Below, in pieces: positions 60,373 through 64,000 of a DNA stretch of 64,000 bases. Where the stretch lies: positions 3,136,001 through 3,200,000 of the forward strand of contig OZ241917.1 in the NCBI GenBank assembly GCA_965203805.1. The letters run 5' to 3'. Made by a program: the position numbers and the translations under genes. The notes below the pieces were generated by a model. It was not told where the DNA came from, made no database searches, and was given only the letters and a program-made list of their open reading frames with translations. This DNA is from Candidatus Latescibacterota bacterium (GTDB lineage: Bacteria > Latescibacterota > UBA2968 > GCA-2709665). The first letter of the stretch is position 1, and each line of letters starts with the position of its first letter.

Positions 60373-61841
60373 ATCCACAGGGCGTGACATCCATCAAGGA
60401 GCCCCTGGCGAAGCTGCTCGCCCAGGTGCCGCAGATAAACCACCCGCTGATCGGCCATGCGTATCACCTGGCAAACGCAAGCCACGAAGGACAGCACCGC
60501 GACGAGGGGCAACCGTTTATCACGCATCCCATCGCCGTGGCGCTCATCCTGGCATCCGAACTCGGCTTCGCCAGAGACACGGAAATGATCTCCGCCGCCC
60601 TGCTCCACGACGCCGCGGAAGACTCCGTGCTCACCCCGGACGAGGACATCCTGCCCACGTTCGGCGCGCGGGTCACCGAACTGGTAAAGGGCGTAACCAA
60701 AGTTGACGAACCCGGCACTCGCAGCCGGTCCGCGCGCCGTTCCGCCACGCTCCAGCGCCTCTTCACCGCGGCGCACCGGGATTCGCGAGTACTTATCCTG
60801 AAACTCGCCGACCGTGTACACAACATGCGCAGCATCACGGGTATCAAGGACACCAAACGACAACATCGAATCGCGCAGGAAACCATCGACGTCTACGCGC
60901 CGCTTTCCCGTCTGCTGGGCATGGACCGTATACGCAGGGAACTGGAAGACCGCAGCTTCGGCTGCCTGCACCCCAGGGTCTTCGACCAGCTTGTCCGTCT
61001 CACGCAAGGGGGTCCGCCGCAATCCTATCTCGACTTTCAGACCGAGATGCGCGATATTATCACGGACAACGGCATCCGCACCCGCATCCGCCTGCAAATG
61101 AAGAGTCTGAGGAGCATCTACGGCAAGGCCATCGGCGCCCGGTCCGGGGAGTCGCCGCTTCCGGCAGACAACGTCCACGACCGGTACACCGTCATTGCGA
61201 TCACGTCCAGTCGTTACACCTGCTACAGAACGCTCGGAATCATCCATCACAGGTTCAACCCGCTGATGGACGGGATCAAGGACTTTATCGCCCTGCCAAA
61301 ACGGAACGGTTACCAGGCGCTGCAGACAACCGTCTTCCACAAGGGGCAACGCTTTGAAGTCGCGATCCAGACCCCTTCCATGTACAGAATGGGAGAGCTG
61401 GGCGTCGCGACTCTGCGCGGCGGGGAACTCCAGGAAGAGCGGCGGACCCGGTGGCTTCAGGAACTGGCCGAGTGGCACGAACACGGCGGTTCCGGCGTTC
61501 ATTTCCTGGACGAAGTCAAACGCATGCTCTTTGTCCACGAAATGGCCGTTTTCACGCCCAACGGCGATCCGATTATTCTGCCGGAGGGCGCAACCCTGGC
61601 TGATTTTGCTTTTGCCGTCCATACGGACCTGGGTCTCCACTGCATCGGCGGGCGCGTCAACGGCAAACCGGCATCGCGCTTTTCGGTTCTGAACTGGGGC
61701 GATACCATTGAAATAGATACCACGCCCCACCAGCAACTGAAACGCAGCTGGCTGCGATACGTAAAGACCTACCGCGCACGCCGCCTGATCCGCCGTTACA
61801 TCGCCCGGGCGGAGTCATCCGGCGAACAGATTATCGAGTAG
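60369..61841 (+). CDS. Short RelA/SpoT homolog (HD, degenerate synthetase, TGS)
   Basis: HEGQ.R..G.PFI.HP, LLHD..ED and KLADR.HNMR; TGS motif VFTP.G....LP.GAT..DFAF.VHT. Confidence 0.85.
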   Translation: MNPQGVTSIKEPLAKLLAQVPQINHPLIGHAYHLANASHEGQHRDEGQPFITHPIAVALILASELGFARDTEMISAALLHDAAEDSVLTPDEDILPTFGARVTELVKGVTKVDEPGTRSRSARRSATLQRLFTAAHRDSRVLILKLADRVHNMRSITGIKDTKRQHRIAQETIDVYAPLSRLLGMDRIRRELEDRSFGCLHPRVFDQLVRLTQGGPPQSYLDFQTEMRDIITDNGIRTRIRLQMKSLRSIYGKAIGARSGESPLPADNVHDRYTVIAITSSRYTCYRTLGIIHHRFNPLMDGIKDFIALPKRNGYQALQTTVFHKGQRFEVAIQTPSMYRMGELGVATLRGGELQEERRTRWLQELAEWHEHGGSGVHFLDEVKRMLFVHEMAVFTPNGDPIILPEGATLADFAFAVHTDLGLHCIGGRVNGKPASRFSVLNWGDTIEIDTTPHQQLKRSWLRYVKTYRARRLIRRYIARAESSGEQIIE

Positions 61842-61941
61842 CCGGGAATCCGCTTCCGAACGAATGATACGCCGTCCGGCTCGCCGATTTCGTTCGAGCG
61901 TCCTTCTTTGATGTTGATCTGAATGCCCCGGGAGTCATGCC

Positions 61942-62283
61942 TTGATTTTCCGCCTCTTCCTCGTCGCGGCGCTGGTGGCCCTCACCGCCTGCGGCCGCGA
62001 CGCCGAACGCCTGCGGACTGAGATCGCCGGGCAGGAAAAGAAAATCGTCGAGGCAAGGACCGTTTTTCAACTCGAACAAAAGCGCATGGGCGAGTTACGG
62101 GACAGCCTCGAAATCAACATCCGGCGGAATGTCGAACTGAAGTTGGACTCGACCACCGCCGCGTCGATCGAAAAGGAACGCCTGGAACTCCAGGGGACGA
62201 TCGTCGAAGCGGCGAAACGCAACCTGCACAGCCAGCAGGAATTCCTGGCCCTCCTGAAAAAACGTCTCCAGGACCACAGATAA
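61942..62283 (+). CDS. Putative coiled-coil lipoprotein
   Basis: Signal peptide with LTAC lipobox; helical heptads. Confidence 0.65.
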   Translation: MIFRLFLVAALVALTACGRDAERLRTEIAGQEKKIVEARTVFQLEQKRMGELRDSLEINIRRNVELKLDSTTAASIEKERLELQGTIVEAAKRNLHSQQEFLALLKKRLQDHR

Positions 62284-62418
62284 TCCCGTCGTCGCGCGCG
62301 ACGGTCGTTCCATAGCACCGGGGATCTCGTCGCGTACGCCGCAACGGCGCAATCTGTTTTTGCGAAGCCGCCGTCCTTCACTCCACGGTGCTGAATCGAC
62401 CTGCGTTCGAGGTTCAAT

Positions 62419-64000
62419 ATGAAGATCCCGATCAAAGAAATCACGGTTGCGAACCGATTCATCTATTATTACGCCAATTTTAAGGAACGCTTCTACGGCT
62501 ACGTCCTCCGCCGGGACGGCCGCAACATCCCCGACGAGCACTACGCGGGACGCTTCAAAGAATCCGGTGTATCGGCGCGTTCTCACCCCGGAAAAGTGTC
62601 ATCCCGTCCCACAACCCGACGCAGGTGGCGGGAACTGCGTCCTCCGCTGCCGCCGGAAGGACGGGAAACCCTTGCGGAAACCGAACCCGGAGAAATCGTG
62701 CTCTTTCTGTATCGTAAGCGCCTGATGCTGGGGACTTTTTCTCATCGGGTCTGGGGAACCCGGATCTGTATTGCCGCGGAGGACGGGAGGCGCCTGATTA
62801 TTCGAAGAAACTCCCTGGTCTATCTTACCGGCGTCGGCATTACGGACAATCCCGACTTTCTGCGGTCCTACGGGGCGTCTGTACGCGCGCTTGCAAGACA
62901 CATCGACCTCGGGGAAATCTGGAACGTGTTCAAGGACGACCAACCCGTTATTGAAATCTCTGACATCGGCGCGCTCTATTGGGGCGACGACCCCGACCCC
63001 TCACGCTGGCTAGCCCTCTTCATTCACCTGGAATCCGACTGCGCTTATTTCGTAAGGACACGATTGTACACTTATCGTCCGCTCGAAACGCATGAAGTCA
63101 GGAACCGGATCGACCTTCTGGCCGGCAAGGAGACGCTGATTCACGAGCTGCAGGAATTCCTCCACTGGCTCGGAGAGGACGAGGAGGGTTACGATCCGAA
63201 GACGCTTACCGGAAGGCAGCGGAACTGGCTGGAACAGATCAGACAATACGCGCTGTGGGGTTCCGAATCGAAAAGCGCCGGGGACGCGCGAAAGATGCTC
63301 AGGAAGATTTCCTTCGTGAAGGGCGATCTTCAGCGGCACGCGTTCGAACTGATGGTCAGGAAACGCATCTGGCGTCCGGACGAGAACCTGGATCTCCTCC
63401 GGTCGGACCTCTCACCCGACTTTCCGTCCGACGTCCTGAAAGAGGCCGAGGCTGTCGACCTGCCGCGAATCCTGAGAGGCAGGCGAAGACTTCGCCGCGC
63501 GTCTTTCTGCCTGCAGACGGGTTCCGGGGACGATCCCGAACTCGCCTTTTCGCTCAGGCGCCGGTGGCGGGGCGGATACGAACTCGGTGTCCACGTTCCC
63601 GATATTGCGGCCTGCGTACCCGCCGGATCCGCGCTGGACCGGTCGGCTTCGGACCGGCTGGCGACGCTCCGGCTGCCCGACCTCACCATCCCCATGCTGC
63701 CGGAGCGTATCGCAGACGACGTCGGCCGGTTCGATGTGAAGCAGCGTCGACCCGCGCTAAGCCTGTTCTGGAAGCTGGATCGAAATCTGAATTTCGGAAA
63801 CGTGCGCATTGTCCTCTCGTCGATCAGAATTCGAACCCGTCTTTCCGCAGATGAAGTCGAAAACATCGATGCGGGGGAACGCCGTCCGCTGGCCGGCCGC
63901 CTGCGGATCCTGAGCCGCCTGACAGACTCCCTCCGCGAACAGCGTCTGCGTCGCGGCGCATTCGAGGACTTCGGCCGCACCCGGGTCGAGGCCGGAAGCG
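62419..64000 (+). CDS. RNB-domain (RNase II family) protein, runs off the window end
   Basis: My translation from ATG 62419 is open through the RNB region: DENLDLLR, LGVHVPD.A..V..GS.LD, LPD..IPMLP and RPALS. Confidence 0.75.
   Translation, partial: MKIPIKEITVANRFIYYYANFKERFYGYVLRRDGRNIPDEHYAGRFKESGVSARSHPGKVSSRPTTRRRWRELRPPLPPEGRETLAETEPGEIVLFLYRKRLMLGTFSHRVWGTRICIAAEDGRRLIIRRNSLVYLTGVGITDNPDFLRSYGASVRALARHIDLGEIWNVFKDDQPVIEISDIGALYWGDDPDPSRWLALFIHLESDCAYFVRTRLYTYRPLETHEVRNRIDLLAGKETLIHELQEFLHWLGEDEEGYDPKTLTGRQRNWLEQIRQYALWGSESKSAGDARKMLRKISFVKGDLQRHAFELMVRKRIWRPDENLDLLRSDLSPDFPSDVLKEAEAVDLPRILRGRRRLRRASFCLQTGSGDDPELAFSLRRRWRGGYELGVHVPDIAACVPAGSALDRSASDRLATLRLPDLTIPMLPERIADDVGRFDVKQRRPALSLFWKLDRNLNFGNVRIVLSSIRIRTRLSADEVENIDAGERRPLAGRLRILSRLTDSLREQRLRRGAFEDFGRTRVEAGS

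Overview
A GC-rich bacterial chromosome segment, mostly housekeeping genes. TonB/ExbBD genes imply a diderm; a more specific taxon cannot be supported. The left half is dominated by a ~19 kb co-oriented aromatic amino acid supercluster: trpE-G-D-C-F, tyrS, a DRE-TIM aldolase, trpB-A, chorismate mutase, DAHP synthase, tyrA, an aroA-like gene, aroE, ubiE/menG, argS, aroK and aroB. The best find is in its leader: a sigma70-like promoter, a 35-codon leader peptide with 2 Trp, 5 Tyr and 1 Phe within 13 codons, and a complete 1:2 / 2:3 / 3:4 attenuator with a U9 tail. This looks like one ribosome-stalling attenuator reading all three aromatic amino acids. Several intact genes lack canonical catalytic motifs: the EPSP synthase homolog, the synthetase domain of a short RelA/SpoT homolog and an RNase II (RNB) homolog. 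Also present: a structured uORF-containing leader on a guaB with an unusual active-site loop, an HxG-type PhyH dioxygenase in an uncharacterised operon, tRNA-Thr(UGU) with a 314-bp one-gene insert bounded by a duplicated tRNA 3' end, a MITE-like repeat family and heptamer repeat arrays. All product calls come from motifs recognised by eye; no database searches or folding calculations were run.
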